From: an uncultured delta proteobacterium
GTDB taxonomy: Bacteria > Desulfobacterota > Desulfomonilia > UBA1062
Assembly: GCA_963798485.1 (NCBI GenBank)
Contig: CAWCTR010000008.1
Coordinates: forward strand, 96,001 to 160,000
Length of the DNA stretch: 64,000 nt
Reading direction: 5' to 3'
Below the pieces are notes generated by a model. That model was not told where the DNA came from. It ran no database searches and saw only the letters and a program-made list of their open reading frames with translations. Of this stretch, positions 50,356-60,817 are shown piece by piece. The stretch's first letter is position 1, and every line of letters starts with the position of its first letter. Made by a program: the position numbers and the translations under genes.

Positions 50356-51485
50356 TGCCTTATCTCCGCTTTGATGACGCCCCCATCGATGGCCTTATCG
50401 ATACCGTCGGTGATGATCCGCTCATTCGGGAAGAGACCTGATAAGACTTCAATACCCTTGTCCGCCAAAGTGCCTTCTCTGATCAAGCGGTACGTGATGA
50501 CCCCTTTTGCATCGACAACATACACGCCGGTCAATTGGCCTTTGTGGACAATAGCTTTCTCTGACACAAGAATTGCTCTTCTCATTCCTACGGGGATCTT
50601 CACACGCACATAGAGGCCGCTTCTGAGTTCCTTCTCCGGAAGGCCTATCTTGATAAGAAATGTTCTGGAGCTGGGGTTGATATCAGGAAGAATCTCCCTG
50701 ACCGTACCCTTAAGATGTTTCCCAAATGACTCAATGTTCACATCTGCAGGCATGCCTGCCTTGATCTTACCGCTGAGGCCTTCGTCTATGGCTGCATCTA
50801 CATAGGCATCGCCCAGAGCCTCAATGACCAGCATAGGCATCCCTGGTGAGGCCATGCTGCCCATATCGATCTGCTTCTTTGTCACCACACCGGCAGCAGG
50901 AGCAACGATACGGGTGAAGGCCAGGTATGTCTCGGCCTCTTCCATCATGGCCTTTGCCCGTTCGAATTCCGACTTGGCCACATTCCGCTGCGTCTCGAAC
51001 TGATCCATCTCCTGGCCGGACAGTGCCTTTTGATCATACAGATTGTGATAGCGTTTCCATGTGGTCTCGGTCAGGTCCATGTTCTGGCGGGCAGCCTCCA
51101 ATGCCATAGAGGCCGCTTTCACTCGCTGGAACGCATCACGGTCATCCAGGGTAATGAGTAGTTGCCCTGCCTTGACAAAGTCCCCCTCCCGTACATGCAG
51201 GGAGGTGACAGCGCCCATCACCCGGCTGGCAATGACGCTTACACGGTCAGAACGGATGGTCCCTGAAGTCTCATACAACTCATCTACCTGAGAAAGGGCA
51301 ACAGCAGACACCGTGACACCGATGACGGACGGCCTTGCGGTATATTCTTTCCCGGCCTTTTCCCGGCATCCCAGCCACAGCCCACTGAACATCGTCATAC
51401 ATACAAAGAGACAGAAAATTGTCAGGAAACGAACACCCTGAATCTCCTTCATATCATTTTCTCTCAGAACACCTCTCATGCTCAT
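50352..51485 (-). CDS. RND periplasmic adaptor
   Basis: [28 protein letters not shown]. Confidence 0.9.
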   Translation of the reverse strand: MSMRGVLRENDMKEIQGVRFLTIFCLFVCMTMFSGLWLGCREKAGKEYTARPSVIGVTVSAVALSQVDELYETSGTIRSDRVSVIASRVMGAVTSLHVREGDFVKAGQLLITLDDRDAFQRVKAASMALEAARQNMDLTETTWKRYHNLYDQKALSGQEMDQFETQRNVAKSEFERAKAMMEEAETYLAFTRIVAPAAGVVTKKQIDMGSMASPGMPMLVIEALGDAYVDAAIDEGLSGKIKAGMPADVNIESFGKHLKGTVREILPDINPSSRTFLIKIGLPEKELRSGLYVRVKIPVGMRRAILVSEKAIVHKGQLTGVYVVDAKGVITYRLIREGTLADKGIEVLSGLFPNERIITDGIDKAIDGGVIKAEIRQ

Positions 51486-51495
51486 CTCCCTGTCT

Positions 51496-52884
51496 TCAGT
51501 CTTCTATATTCAGGTCTTTCAGGATCGTCCCACTCTCATAGCTGAGTGTGGCCACTGCCAGAATATATGAGTTCTCACGGTCTAAGAGGCCTGCTCTCGC
51601 CTGTTCCAGACTTGCCTGGGTGTTCAGGAGATCTGCCAGAGACACAAGGCCGTTCTCATACCGCAATCGCACCAGTCGTGCACCCTCCTCGGCAGTTTTG
51701 AGGGCCTCCTGTGCGAGGTCTCGGTTCTTTCTTGCTTCCTCGATATTAAGGTATGCTTCTGTAATCCGATAGGAGACGCCCTGCTTCAGTGCGGCAAGCT
51801 GTTCATCTGCCTGAGATGCAAGGTGGATTGCTTTTGCCCGTTCGTATTCTCGCTTAGTTCCATCGAACAGATCCCAGCGCAGGAAGGCCATCACCTGCCA
51901 GCTGTCGCCCTCGGAGCCTAAGGGCCGGTTATGATCGTTAAACTGATATGTCCCGCCAACACCTACATAAGGGAAGTAACCTGCCTCCGCCATGCGGATA
52001 TTCTGCCGGGCATTCTCCTGGCGTAATTGTGCCGCTCGTATATCACTCCGTGATTCAGCAGCTTTGACATATAAGGAGAGATCCTTTAAAGGCAGGTCGA
52101 CGGTTCTATCCGAAACATCAATAGCCTCTGTTGTGGACAGAAGAAGGCCAAGAGCACGTTTAGCCAGATTGAGATTCTTATCAGCGCTGTTCTTTCTCTG
52201 CTGGGCTTCCATCAGGGCTGTGGTGGCACGTAGGGTGTCGGAATACTGGCCCAGATTGTTGTTATAACGGAGGTTTGCTATCCGAAGGTTCTCCTTGGCC
52301 TCTTCGACACTCTTTGCCACTGCTTGAACATATTCTTTTGTACTGATAATCATAAGGCTGGCCCTAATGACCTGAAAGGCCACGTCCTCCTGCTTCCGTT
52401 TAAGCTCATCATCCTTTGCGAGGGACTCCTTCTTGGACATGTCGAGGCCGATGAAGGCCTTCCTCACATATAATGGCTGCTCGACGGTGAATGATGTCTG
52501 GTAGTCGCCGATTGCATCGGGATGGTTGAGAAGATCCGGGTTAAAATCCTGCTGAGTGATGCGTTCCTGATTCAATCTATCCATGAATGCATATGTGGGG
52601 TTGGTCGTTCTGGAATACCGCTCTTCAAAGCTCACCTTTGGCAGGAGATAGCTGCGGGCTACTCCGATATCACTGCCCTGGGCCATGGATGAACTCGTCG
52701 TGGACCGGATCTCGTGATTGTTGTCGAGTGCAGAGTGGACTGCCTCGATGACGGTCATCTGATGTTCAGGAATCTGGTCCTGAGCCCAGGCACACGTATG
52801 TAATATGGGAAGGAGTGATACAATGCTAACCATCATGATTATAAGAATGGCGGGTTGCATGTTATGGTGAACCGACAGCTTCAT
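51496..52884 (-). CDS. TolC-family outer-membrane protein
   Basis: ALDNNHEI, YLLPKV, YFPYV, RYENGL..DLL. Confidence 0.9.
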   Translation of the reverse strand: MKLSVHHNMQPAILIIMMVSIVSLLPILHTCAWAQDQIPEHQMTVIEAVHSALDNNHEIRSTTSSSMAQGSDIGVARSYLLPKVSFEERYSRTTNPTYAFMDRLNQERITQQDFNPDLLNHPDAIGDYQTSFTVEQPLYVRKAFIGLDMSKKESLAKDDELKRKQEDVAFQVIRASLMIISTKEYVQAVAKSVEEAKENLRIANLRYNNNLGQYSDTLRATTALMEAQQRKNSADKNLNLAKRALGLLLSTTEAIDVSDRTVDLPLKDLSLYVKAAESRSDIRAAQLRQENARQNIRMAEAGYFPYVGVGGTYQFNDHNRPLGSEGDSWQVMAFLRWDLFDGTKREYERAKAIHLASQADEQLAALKQGVSYRITEAYLNIEEARKNRDLAQEALKTAEEGARLVRLRYENGLVSLADLLNTQASLEQARAGLLDRENSYILAVATLSYESGTILKDLNIED

Positions 52885-52961
52885 TTTATCGCCCCCTTAA
52901 TGAGATAATTTTCAGAGAAGAAATGTATTCAAAGCTATATTTCTTATACTGTGATACCCCG

Positions 52962-53084
52962 CTAATTCAATACCAACGCAGAATGTACTGCGAGAAAATA
53001 GACATGGGCAGTGTTGTCTGTCTTTGAGGCAAGGGCCTCAAACGTGTTGTCATCGGCATGGATAACGTATTCTTTTTCCACCAT
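52962..53084 (-). pseudogene. Probable thioredoxin N-terminal remnant
   Basis: AAGGAG RBS then MVEKEYVIHADDNTFEAL; no WCxxC follows. Confidence 0.4.
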
Positions 53085-53190
53085 TTTTCACTCCTTGAAA
53101 TGTTAATTTCTTTTGAACCAGGATTCTTCCTCATGATAAGAAGGTTTCATCCCATGAGGTTAAATATAGGTCAGATCAGTGGTATGGTCA

Positions 53191-53204
53191 TTGATCTAGA
53201 TCAT
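53191..53204. promoter_or_regulatory. FNR-type box TTGAT-CTAG-ATCAT
   Basis: 9/10 match to TTGAT-N4-ATCAA; TATATT -10 candidate on the minus strand at 53163-53168. Confidence 0.6.
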
Positions 53205-53399
53205 TGGAATGGATTTTTATGGACACGCTGAAACGGATTCAGGACATACCTCTCTTCGGAACATGCATCAAGAAAGATTTGTATACCAGGGGATAAGCCC
53301 CTTGCTTATATCGTCTCCTCCTTTATAAATCTATTGGAGAAACTGAAGGTTATACAGATTATGTCTCTATACATTTGGAGGATTTATAAACATGTATAA

Positions 53400-53561
53400 G
53401 GATATGTTGACCTGAGGATAGCAGCCGTTATCTGTATAGGGTTCTTTCTTGGCAGCATGTTCGGTGCGAAGGTGGCAACAAATTTATCGAATATCCTTTT
53501 GCAAAGAATATTTGGCATAGCTTTACTCTTAATTTCATTAAAGATGATATTTGTTAAATAA
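53400..53561 (+). pseudogene. C-terminal fragment of a TauE/SafE protein
   Basis: GYVDLRIAAVICIGFFLGSMFGAKVA..LQRIFGIALLLISLKMIF-stop with no N-terminal part. Confidence 0.65.
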
Positions 53562-53587
53562 ATGCCCTCTCGGTCATGAAATGGTTT

Positions 53588-53881
53588 TCATAATGAGCAA
53601 CTGCTCTTTGATGTTCTTCTATCTAAATCAGAGTAAAGCTCAATTCCCCACACCGATACATCAATTGTTACGTCACCGACTAATCGAACTACATCTTTGT
53701 CTACGACAAACGTAAACCCTTCGACCTTGTGTATCTCGTCATTTAATTTTGGCTCATCCAGAGCCATCCGCAGTTGCGGGCTCCCTCAAAGATATTTTAT
53801 AAGTATACGTAAACCAGAGGGGGCCTGGTCTCTGTAGGTATCCTTAAACTTCTTCATGGCTTGTTCTGTTACCTTGATCAT
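53588..53881 (-). CDS. HesB/IscA-like selenoprotein (UGA at 53788-53786), 97 aa
   Basis: AGGAGG RBS; MIKVTEQA..LRILIKYL-U-GSPQLRMALDEP..NDE..VEGFTFVVDK..VTID..SSCSL; absent from the ORF track. Confidence 0.88.
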
Positions 53882-53961
53882 ATGTGCATCCTCCTATGTA
53901 TAGTTTTCTTTATCTGATCGTATTGATAGTAGTGTTGTAGGCGAAAGAAGTTAATCATGCA

Positions 53962-53975
53962 TTGATGTGGATCAA
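53962..53975. promoter_or_regulatory. Perfect FNR-type box TTGAT-GTGG-ATCAA
   Basis: Exact consensus ~80 bp upstream of the HesB-like gene. Confidence 0.7.
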
Positions 53976-54215
53976 TTTTTGAAAAATTAGTGGTCTATAA
54001 AAATCCTGTGTGTGGATGAACGTACAATCCTGGGTATCATTTGTACCGGTATGTTTTTATGATTATTCTACCAATTCATCTATATTGGTATTGCTGCCGT
54101 CCTAATAAAGGAATAATCTTAATGACGTACATTTCAATGTCTCTGGAGGCTACACATGCCATAAACCTCTTGAGTAACAGCTATACAAATTGCTGATTTC
54201 TGGAAGGAGATCTCC

Positions 54216-55235
54216 ATGCATGAACTGATCTTTGATCCGAAGCTCTGTGAGGGCTGTAAGACATTGGACTGCATCATGAAGTGCCAGTACATCGAGATGG
54301 ACCTTGATGAGGCACGCAGAGAACATGCCAAAATCCTCCGGGGGGAGGAATCCCGGATCCTCAAAGATTGTGTCACCTGCTATGCCTGCGAGGAGTATTG
54401 CCCCAGCAGGAACCACCCGTTCTATCTCATCGTGGAACGACAGGAACAACTTGGCATCCATCCCGTCCCAAAGCCCATTGAGAAGTCCCAAGTCATCATG
54501 ATGGGACCTCGGGGCAAGATCAAACAGAAAAAGCTTAACCCCCCGGTCATCGACATGTGCTTTTTCGACATCATGAAGGGCGGCATCAGGGGAAAACTCT
54601 TCGATGGTGCCACAACCATCGGCGGCAGCGATGTTTTCTGCAACCTCATGTTCCTCCACTTTGCCCGGAACTCCACCATCCATGAGCGCCTGCCGCTGAT
54701 CATGAACAATATCATGAAATACTTTCTGGAACCTTCAGGTGTGAAAGAGCTCATCTGCTACCATGATGAATGTTACGGCACCTATACCTCATGGGCCCCT
54801 GCATTCGGGATTGAAGTCCCCTTCCGACCTGTTCACCTCTTTGATTATATCTATCACAAGCTCCTTGATCTGAAGCCCGATATCAAACCGCTGAATGTGA
54901 AGGTGGCCTACCAGAGGCCCTGTTCAAATCGCCTCTGCCCTGAGACGGACCACTTCGTGGACGACATTTTCAGTCTTATCGGCGTTGAGCGGCCAAAGAG
55001 GATCTATGAATACCAGAATGCCCTGTGCTGCGGAGGGGTCCCTGAGGCTGCCCAGCGATTCGAACTTGTGGAGGAGATCCAAAAGAAGAACGTGGAGGAC
55101 ATGAAATCAACCGGTGCGCAATATGGGGTGTTCAACTGCCCGTTCTGCTTCTGGACCCTTGCAGAACCCGTAGCAAAGGCAGGCATGTTGCCTATAATGA
55201 TGTCCGACCTATGTCTCATGGCGCTGGGCCAGTAA
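54216..55235 (+). CDS. Fe-S protein with ferredoxin and CCG domains
   Basis: CEGC..C..C, CVTCYACEEYCP, YQRPCSNR, LCCGG, NCPFC. Confidence 0.85.
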   Translation: MHELIFDPKLCEGCKTLDCIMKCQYIEMDLDEARREHAKILRGEESRILKDCVTCYACEEYCPSRNHPFYLIVERQEQLGIHPVPKPIEKSQVIMMGPRGKIKQKKLNPPVIDMCFFDIMKGGIRGKLFDGATTIGGSDVFCNLMFLHFARNSTIHERLPLIMNNIMKYFLEPSGVKELICYHDECYGTYTSWAPAFGIEVPFRPVHLFDYIYHKLLDLKPDIKPLNVKVAYQRPCSNRLCPETDHFVDDIFSLIGVERPKRIYEYQNALCCGGVPEAAQRFELVEEIQKKNVEDMKSTGAQYGVFNCPFCFWTLAEPVAKAGMLPIMMSDLCLMALGQ

Positions 55236-55241
55236 GGGGGG

Positions 55242-56636
55242 TTGAGCATGCTTGATCAAGAGATAATCGGAAAGCTGAAAACCATCGTGGGGAGCGATTA
55301 CGTCTCTGATGCAGCAGAAGAGCTCTTTATTTACTCGCGGGACCAGGGGGTCCAAGACCCCCACATGCCGGACTGTGTGGTCATGCCCGGTAGCGCCCCA
55401 GAGGTCCAGGAAATCATCCGGCTTGCTGTACAGAAAAAGATCCCGGTGGTGCCCATGGGTGGAGGCCTGGTGCTTTCCGGCCTCACGTTGCCGTTGAAGG
55501 GTGGGATCGTGCTGGATATGAAAAGGATGAACCGCATTATCGAAATCAATGAGAAGAGCCACTATGCGGTTGTGGAGGCAGGAACCTCCCAGGGCATGCT
55601 GGATGCCTATCTAAGGAAGCACCACCCGGGTCTCAAACACTCCCTTCCCGATGCGCCCCCTTCTGCGACCATCGCAGGGAACATCGCCATCCATGGCTCC
55701 GGCCACTTGTCCCAGAGTGAAGGCGGGTTCCATTCCGAGATGGTGACGGGTCTGGAGGTTGTTCTGCCCACGGGCGAGCTTGCCAGATTCGGGTCATGCT
55801 CCACTGTCCCATCCTGGTTTTCCCGCGCACCCCTTCCGGATCTCGTGGGGCTGTTCCTCGGCTGGAACGGGACCACAGGGGTCATCACCAAGGTGGGCAT
55901 CAAGCTCTATCCCAGGCCCAGTTTGCACGATGTCATGGTCTTCATGACCGAGGATATCGACCTGGCACCGGAGATCATCACTCGGATCATCAATACCGAG
56001 GTCGCCGAAGATATCAACTATGCATTGGCGCCCAAGCCCGACTATCTGAACGGATTCCAGATGACTGTCATCAATGTCACAGCCAACTCGGCGGCAGAAA
56101 TGAGGATGAAGAAGCAGATAATACGTGATGCGCTCCATGACTTCTATGAAACAAAAGAATCCGGATTCATGCCGGTACCGCCCAACATGAAGGCGGGCTT
56201 TCTGGAGGCTCCCCAGAAGGCCCTGAGTAAGTTTGCCGATGTGAGGAAAGGGGGCGGATTCGAGTACGTGGGTGCCATCATGCCCATCGAGAAGATCCCT
56301 GATGCCTGCCGCGCCGGCATGGAGATCACGGCCAGGAACCGAATCACCTACTCCCTTGGCGCCAGGATCATTGGCAGGGGGCACTGTGCCATGTTCTTCT
56401 TCGCTTACCCGTTCAACAGGGCCGATAGAGAAGAGGTGGAACGGGTGAAAAACGCCCTGGAAGATACCAATGAAACAGCCCTCAAGCTCGGCGGAATACC
56501 CTGGAAGGCAGAGGCCCAGGGACAGCAGCTCATCTTGAAACAGATGGAGCCGGAGACGTACAAGGTCATGAAGAAGATCAGGGATGTTCTGGACCCGGCT
56601 GGGATCATGAACCCCGGCAACTGGGAGGTGGGATGA
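55242..56636 (+). CDS. FAD-binding oxidoreductase (GlcD/D-lactate dehydrogenase family)
   Basis: PDCVVMP, VPMGGG, GIVLDMKRMN, ATIAGN, GTTGVITK, DPAGIMNPG. Confidence 0.88.
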   Translation: MSMLDQEIIGKLKTIVGSDYVSDAAEELFIYSRDQGVQDPHMPDCVVMPGSAPEVQEIIRLAVQKKIPVVPMGGGLVLSGLTLPLKGGIVLDMKRMNRIIEINEKSHYAVVEAGTSQGMLDAYLRKHHPGLKHSLPDAPPSATIAGNIAIHGSGHLSQSEGGFHSEMVTGLEVVLPTGELARFGSCSTVPSWFSRAPLPDLVGLFLGWNGTTGVITKVGIKLYPRPSLHDVMVFMTEDIDLAPEIITRIINTEVAEDINYALAPKPDYLNGFQMTVINVTANSAAEMRMKKQIIRDALHDFYETKESGFMPVPPNMKAGFLEAPQKALSKFADVRKGGGFEYVGAIMPIEKIPDACRAGMEITARNRITYSLGARIIGRGHCAMFFFAYPFNRADREEVERVKNALEDTNETALKLGGIPWKAEAQGQQLILKQMEPETYKVMKKIRDVLDPAGIMNPGNWEVG

Positions 56637-57796
56637 TGGAAAAGGGACTTGTCGATATCCTCCATCGATGCTTTCGGTGCGGCTGGTGCAAGTTCCCCAC
56701 CAATTATCATGATTTCAATTGCCCTGCATACCTGAGATACCGTTTCGAGTCCTTCTCTGCAGGGGGAAGAATGTGGCTTATCAGGGCCTGGCTGGATGGA
56801 GAGATCAAAACGAGTGAAAGGCTTGCCCAGGTCCTGTTTTCATGCGCAACCTGCAGGAACTGCGTGGAGGCCTGTGCCATACCGCTGATCAAGGACCAAC
56901 TCGTGGACGTCTTCATAGCAGCGAGGCAGGATATGGTGGAAACAGGGCTCATACCTCCGGCGGTACGGGATTACTTCAAGGCTATCACCACAACGGGGAA
57001 TCCCTACAAGATGCCCCGGACGGACCGGAAGAAATGGGCGGAGGGATTAAACGTCCCCGCATATACCAATCAGGAGTATCTTCTCTACATCGGTGATGAA
57101 GCATCCTACGATGACCTGGGCATGAGGATGTCCCGCTCTGTTGCACAGCTCCTGAATGAAGCCGGCATATCATTCGGGGCCTTGTTTGAGGAAGAGAATG
57201 GCGATGGCAATGAAGTTCTGGCATTGGGTGAGCTCGGATTGTTTGCCGAGATTGCACTTCAGAACATCTCGGACTGGAATCAGCGCGGCATAAAGAAGAT
57301 CATCACCATATCGCCCCATGCCTACCAAGCCATCAAGAATGAGTACGTTAAACATGGATCAAGCTTTGATGTGTATCACTACACTCAGGTTTTTAGCACT
57401 GCAATTCAGCATCTACCCATAAGAAGAGAATACCCCTCAAAGGTCACCTACCATGACCCCTGTTATCTGGGGAGGTGGAACAGGGTCTATCTCCAACCCC
57501 GCTTTATCCTGAACTCCATTAAGGGCTTGACCCTAGTCGAGATGGACCGTTCCATGCAGAACGCTTTGTGCTGCGGCGGCGGCGGGGGTAACTCTTTTAC
57601 CGACATCCTGGGTACGGGCCCTGACCTGGCCGGAAGGTCTCGCGTCAGAGAGGCACTTTCTACAGGGGCACAGATCATCGCAGTTGCCTGCCCCCAGTGC
57701 TACCGGATGCTCGATGATGCCGTGAAGGCGGAAAATGCTCAAGAACAGATCAGGGTGATGGAGATAACAGAGATCATGAATTCAGCACTACTATAA
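56633..57796 (+). CDS. GlpC/GlcF/HdrD-like Fe-S oxidoreductase
   Basis: [39 protein letters not shown]. Confidence 0.88.
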   Translation: MMEKGLVDILHRCFRCGWCKFPTNYHDFNCPAYLRYRFESFSAGGRMWLIRAWLDGEIKTSERLAQVLFSCATCRNCVEACAIPLIKDQLVDVFIAARQDMVETGLIPPAVRDYFKAITTTGNPYKMPRTDRKKWAEGLNVPAYTNQEYLLYIGDEASYDDLGMRMSRSVAQLLNEAGISFGALFEEENGDGNEVLALGELGLFAEIALQNISDWNQRGIKKIITISPHAYQAIKNEYVKHGSSFDVYHYTQVFSTAIQHLPIRREYPSKVTYHDPCYLGRWNRVYLQPRFILNSIKGLTLVEMDRSMQNALCCGGGGGNSFTDILGTGPDLAGRSRVREALSTGAQIIAVACPQCYRMLDDAVKAENAQEQIRVMEITEIMNSALL

Positions 57797-57809
57797 AAAA
57801 GGGCCGGGT

Positions 57810-59194
57810 ATGACGAGAGAAAAACCCAGATCGGGCTGTTCGACACCCACGGAGGCCATCTTAGAAAGCATATCGGACGGTGTGTTCACGGTTGATAGTG
57901 ATTGGGTCGTCACCTCGTTCAACCGCGCAGCCGAGGAGATCACCGGGGTGTCTAGGGAAGAAGCCATCGGAAAGCTCTGCTCCGAAGTCTTCCGCTCCAG
58001 CATGTGCGAGACTGACTGCGCACTGAAGCGGACATTAAAGACAGGAAAACAGGTGATCGGTAAGTCGTGCTACATCATCGATGCCAAAGGCCAGCGTATC
58101 CCCATCAGTGTCTCCACCGCCGTACTGAAGGACTCCAGTGGCCGCATTATAGGTGGTGCTGAGACTTTCCGTGATCTGACCGAGCTTGAGGAGCTCCGCC
58201 AGGAGCTTAAGGGGCGCTCCCATGTGGGTGAGCTCGTGAGCCGGAGTCCCATCATGCAGAAGGTGTTTGAGGTAATCCCGGCCGTTGCGGCAAGCCCCAG
58301 CACCGTCCTCATTCTCGGCGAGACCGGTACGGGCAAGGAAGTGGTGGCGAGGACCATACATGCATTGAGCCCCCGGCATGAAGGCCCCTTCATCGCGGTC
58401 AACTGCGCGGCCCTGCCCGATACGCTCCTGGAATCCGAACTTTTCGGCTACAAGGCAGGGGCATTCACCGGTGCAACACGGGACAAGCCCGGGCGGTTCG
58501 CCCTTGCAAAAGGTGGGACCCTGTTTCTCGATGAGATCGGCGAGGTGAGTCCAGCGCTGCAGGTAAGGCTGCTGCGGGTCCTTCAGGACAGGAAATATGA
58601 GCCTCTGGGCGCCACCCGGTCCGAGACGGCCGATGCCGGGTCATCGTGGCCACCAATAAGGACCTGGCGCAGCAGGTCAAGCAGGGACTCTTCCGCGAAG
58701 ACCTCTACTACCGCGTGAACGTAGTCCGGCTTCAGCTACCCCCACTGAGGAGGCGCAAGGAAGACATCCCGCTGCTGGTGGAACAGTTCATCGCCCACTT
58801 CAATGTCCTGCAGGAAAAATCCATCCAGGGTATTACCGCAGAAGCGCTGTCCCTGCTCATGGCCCACGACTGGCCCGGCAACATACGGGAGCTGGAAAAT
58901 GTCGTCGAGCGGGCATTCATACTGTGCTCCAAGGGCTCCATCGGCATTGCCCACCTGCCCGAGGAGCTGACGGTCCGTTACATTCAGCACATCACACAGC
59001 CGGGTCTGAAATCGGCCGGTGAAGTGATGGAGGCCCAGGCCATCCGGAAGGCACTTGAGCGCAATGCCAACAACCGCCTTGCAGCTGCAAGGGAGCTCGG
59101 CATCCACAAGAGCACCCTGTTCAGGAAGATGAAGCGGCTCGGCATCACCTCTACAGGCAAAGATGGCCGTGCCCGCCGCCAGATGATACAGTAG
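57810..59194 (+). CDS. Sigma54-dependent activator with Cys-rich PAS domain (OrpR-like); 1-bp frameshift at ~58636
   Basis: PAS with C-x8-C-x3-C ([14 protein letters not shown]), [20 protein letters not shown]; continues in another frame [28 protein letters not shown]. Confidence 0.85.
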
Positions 59195-59218
59195 CAGATC
59201 TGCTAGCTTGCCATTGAT

Positions 59219-59244
59219 CATGAGTCGCATTGATGCGACTCATG
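59219..59244. promoter_or_regulatory. Enhancer palindrome CATGAGTCGCA-N4-TGCGACTCATG (UAS copy 1)
   Basis: Perfect 11-bp inverted repeat ~100 bp upstream of a -24/-12 promoter; core repeated at 59595-59610. Confidence 0.75.
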
Positions 59245-59327
59245 GGACATGTTCCTACGCCCCTGTTTCACCAAATACTTCAAGTAAACTGGAATGTTGG
59301 CAACAACATATGAACCAGTAAGGGCCT

Positions 59328-59343
59328 TGGCATGGTCTGTGCT
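59328..59343 (+). promoter_or_regulatory. Sigma54 -24/-12 promoter TGGCATGGTCTGTGCT (copy 1)
   Basis: GG-N10-GC; identical 16-mer at 59699-59714. Confidence 0.8.
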
Positions 59344-59377
59344 CATCTTATGATAAAGGTGGGTATCTCCAGATCAT

Positions 59378-59594
59378 ATGAAAACAGCATTTTCTTCCTG
59401 GAACAATCGGATCGCCCCGGTCTTTGATGTGGCCCGGCAAGTCTTCCTCGTGGAGAGCGATGCGGATCTGATCAAAGGCGAGATCGAGGAGACCATCCCC
59501 CCGGACGACCTGATGGCTAAAGCCCAATGCCTGGCAGGTCTCGGAGTTAACACATTAGTCTGCGGTGCCATATCGCGCCCCTTGCAGGGTCTCT
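59378..59594 (+). pseudogene. Truncated first copy of a NifB/NifX-family gene
   Basis: MKTAFSSWNNRIAPVFDVA..LVCGAISRPLQGL interrupted by the second UAS. Confidence 0.75.
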
Positions 59595-59698
59595 GTCGCA
59601 TTGTTGCGACTCATGAGATATGTTCTTACACTCCCGTTTCACCAAAATATCCAAGTATACCGGAATGTTGTCAACATCCTCTCTCCCTGCAACCGTCT

Positions 59699-59714
59699 TG
59701 GCATGGTCTGTGCT
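59699..59714 (+). promoter_or_regulatory. Sigma54 -24/-12 promoter (copy 2)
   Basis: Identical to 59328-59343. Confidence 0.8.
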
Positions 59715-59747
59715 CACCTCAGGATGAAGGTGGATCTTCCAAAGCAT

Positions 59748-60315
59748 ATGAAAACAGCATTTACTTCCTGGAATAATCGGATCGCCCCGGTCTTTGATGT
59801 GGCCCGGCAGGTCTTCCTCGTGGAGATTGATGCGGACCAGATCATAGGTGAGATCGAGGAGACTATTCCCTCGGACGACCTGGTGGCTAAGGCCCAGTAC
59901 CTGGCAGGACTCGGGGTGAACACACTGGTCTGCGGCGCAATATCGCGCCCCATGCAATGCTGTAACTCCTACGGTATCAGGGTGATCCCATTTGTGGCCG
60001 GGGACTTGCGGGAAGTGATCCAGGCGTGTCTTGAGGGCAGGATTCATGACGAGATCTTCGCCATGCCCGGATGCTGCCCGCAGGCCAGACGCCGTGGGGG
60101 CAGGGGTGGGCGGCGCAGGGCAGGGACGGTGTGCCAAGGGTGATGTCCCTGAAGCGGGTTCCTGTGAAACCTGTATCTGTCCGAACTGCTCTCACCAAGA
60201 GCCGCATGAACGGGGAATTCCCTGCTCACGGAAACAGTGCCCAGTTTGCGGTAGCACTCTTATCAGGGGACAACAGAAGAGAGGAATACGAATAAAAGAG
60301 GACCAGAGGCCATGA
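59748..60315 (+). CDS. NifB/NifX-family protein with C-terminal zinc-ribbon tail; frameshift at ~60090-60140
   Basis: RIAPVFDVA..CGAISRP..FAMPGC; another frame CICPNC..PHERGIPC..CPVCG. Confidence 0.7.
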
Positions 60316-60361
60316 ACACACCCTCGGGTGGGCAATGGAAGAATGAGAAAGGAGACAAGCT

Positions 60362-60725
60362 ATGCCACAAGGAAATGGAACAGGCCCCCTTGGTATGGGG
60401 TCCATGACCGGCCGCAGGGCCGGGTATTGCGCGGGTTTTGATATGCCAGGATATGCGAATGCCGCACCAGGATACGGTTTCGGGCGTGGACGAAGATGCC
60501 GGGGCCTCGGCTCTGGCGCTAGTGGACGTGGGTGGCGCACTTGGTTTCACGCCACCGGACTGCCCGGATGGATGCGGTTCGGCGGACACAGGGATACAGC
60601 CCGCACAGATCGATCCGACCAGCGAGAGAGAGGCTCTCAGGGGCCGGGCCGACATGCTGCAGGCCGAGCTGGAATCCATAAGGCAGCGTCTCGACGAGAT
60701 CGATGCGTCTGCGAAGACTCGATGA
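60362..60725 (+). CDS. DUF5320-like Gly/Arg-rich protein; frameshift at ~60587
   Basis: MPQGNGTGPLGMGSMTGRRAGYC..ATGLPGWMR; coiled-coil tail EREALRGRADMLQAELESIRQRLDEI in another frame. Confidence 0.7.
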
Positions 60726-60817
60726 AGAAAGTCGTCTGAAACAGACCGTGCCGGTCCATCCCTCCTCTGTTTCATGTGGACGGTTGGCCGGTCTTTTCAG
60801 GAAAACCGGAGGATTGT

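Larger units (their letters stand above)
59224..59955 (+). repeat. Diverged tandem duplication of ~370 bp (UAS + sigma54 promoter + first ~68 codons of the NifX-like gene)
   Basis: 59224-59590 aligns by eye with 59595-59955; ATGs at 59378 and 59748. Confidence 0.9.

Noticed and set aside
60141-60152. TGA ending the NifX-like ORF as possible Sec
   Set aside because: Another TGA follows two codons later; the Cys-rich tail is in a different frame, so a frameshift explains it
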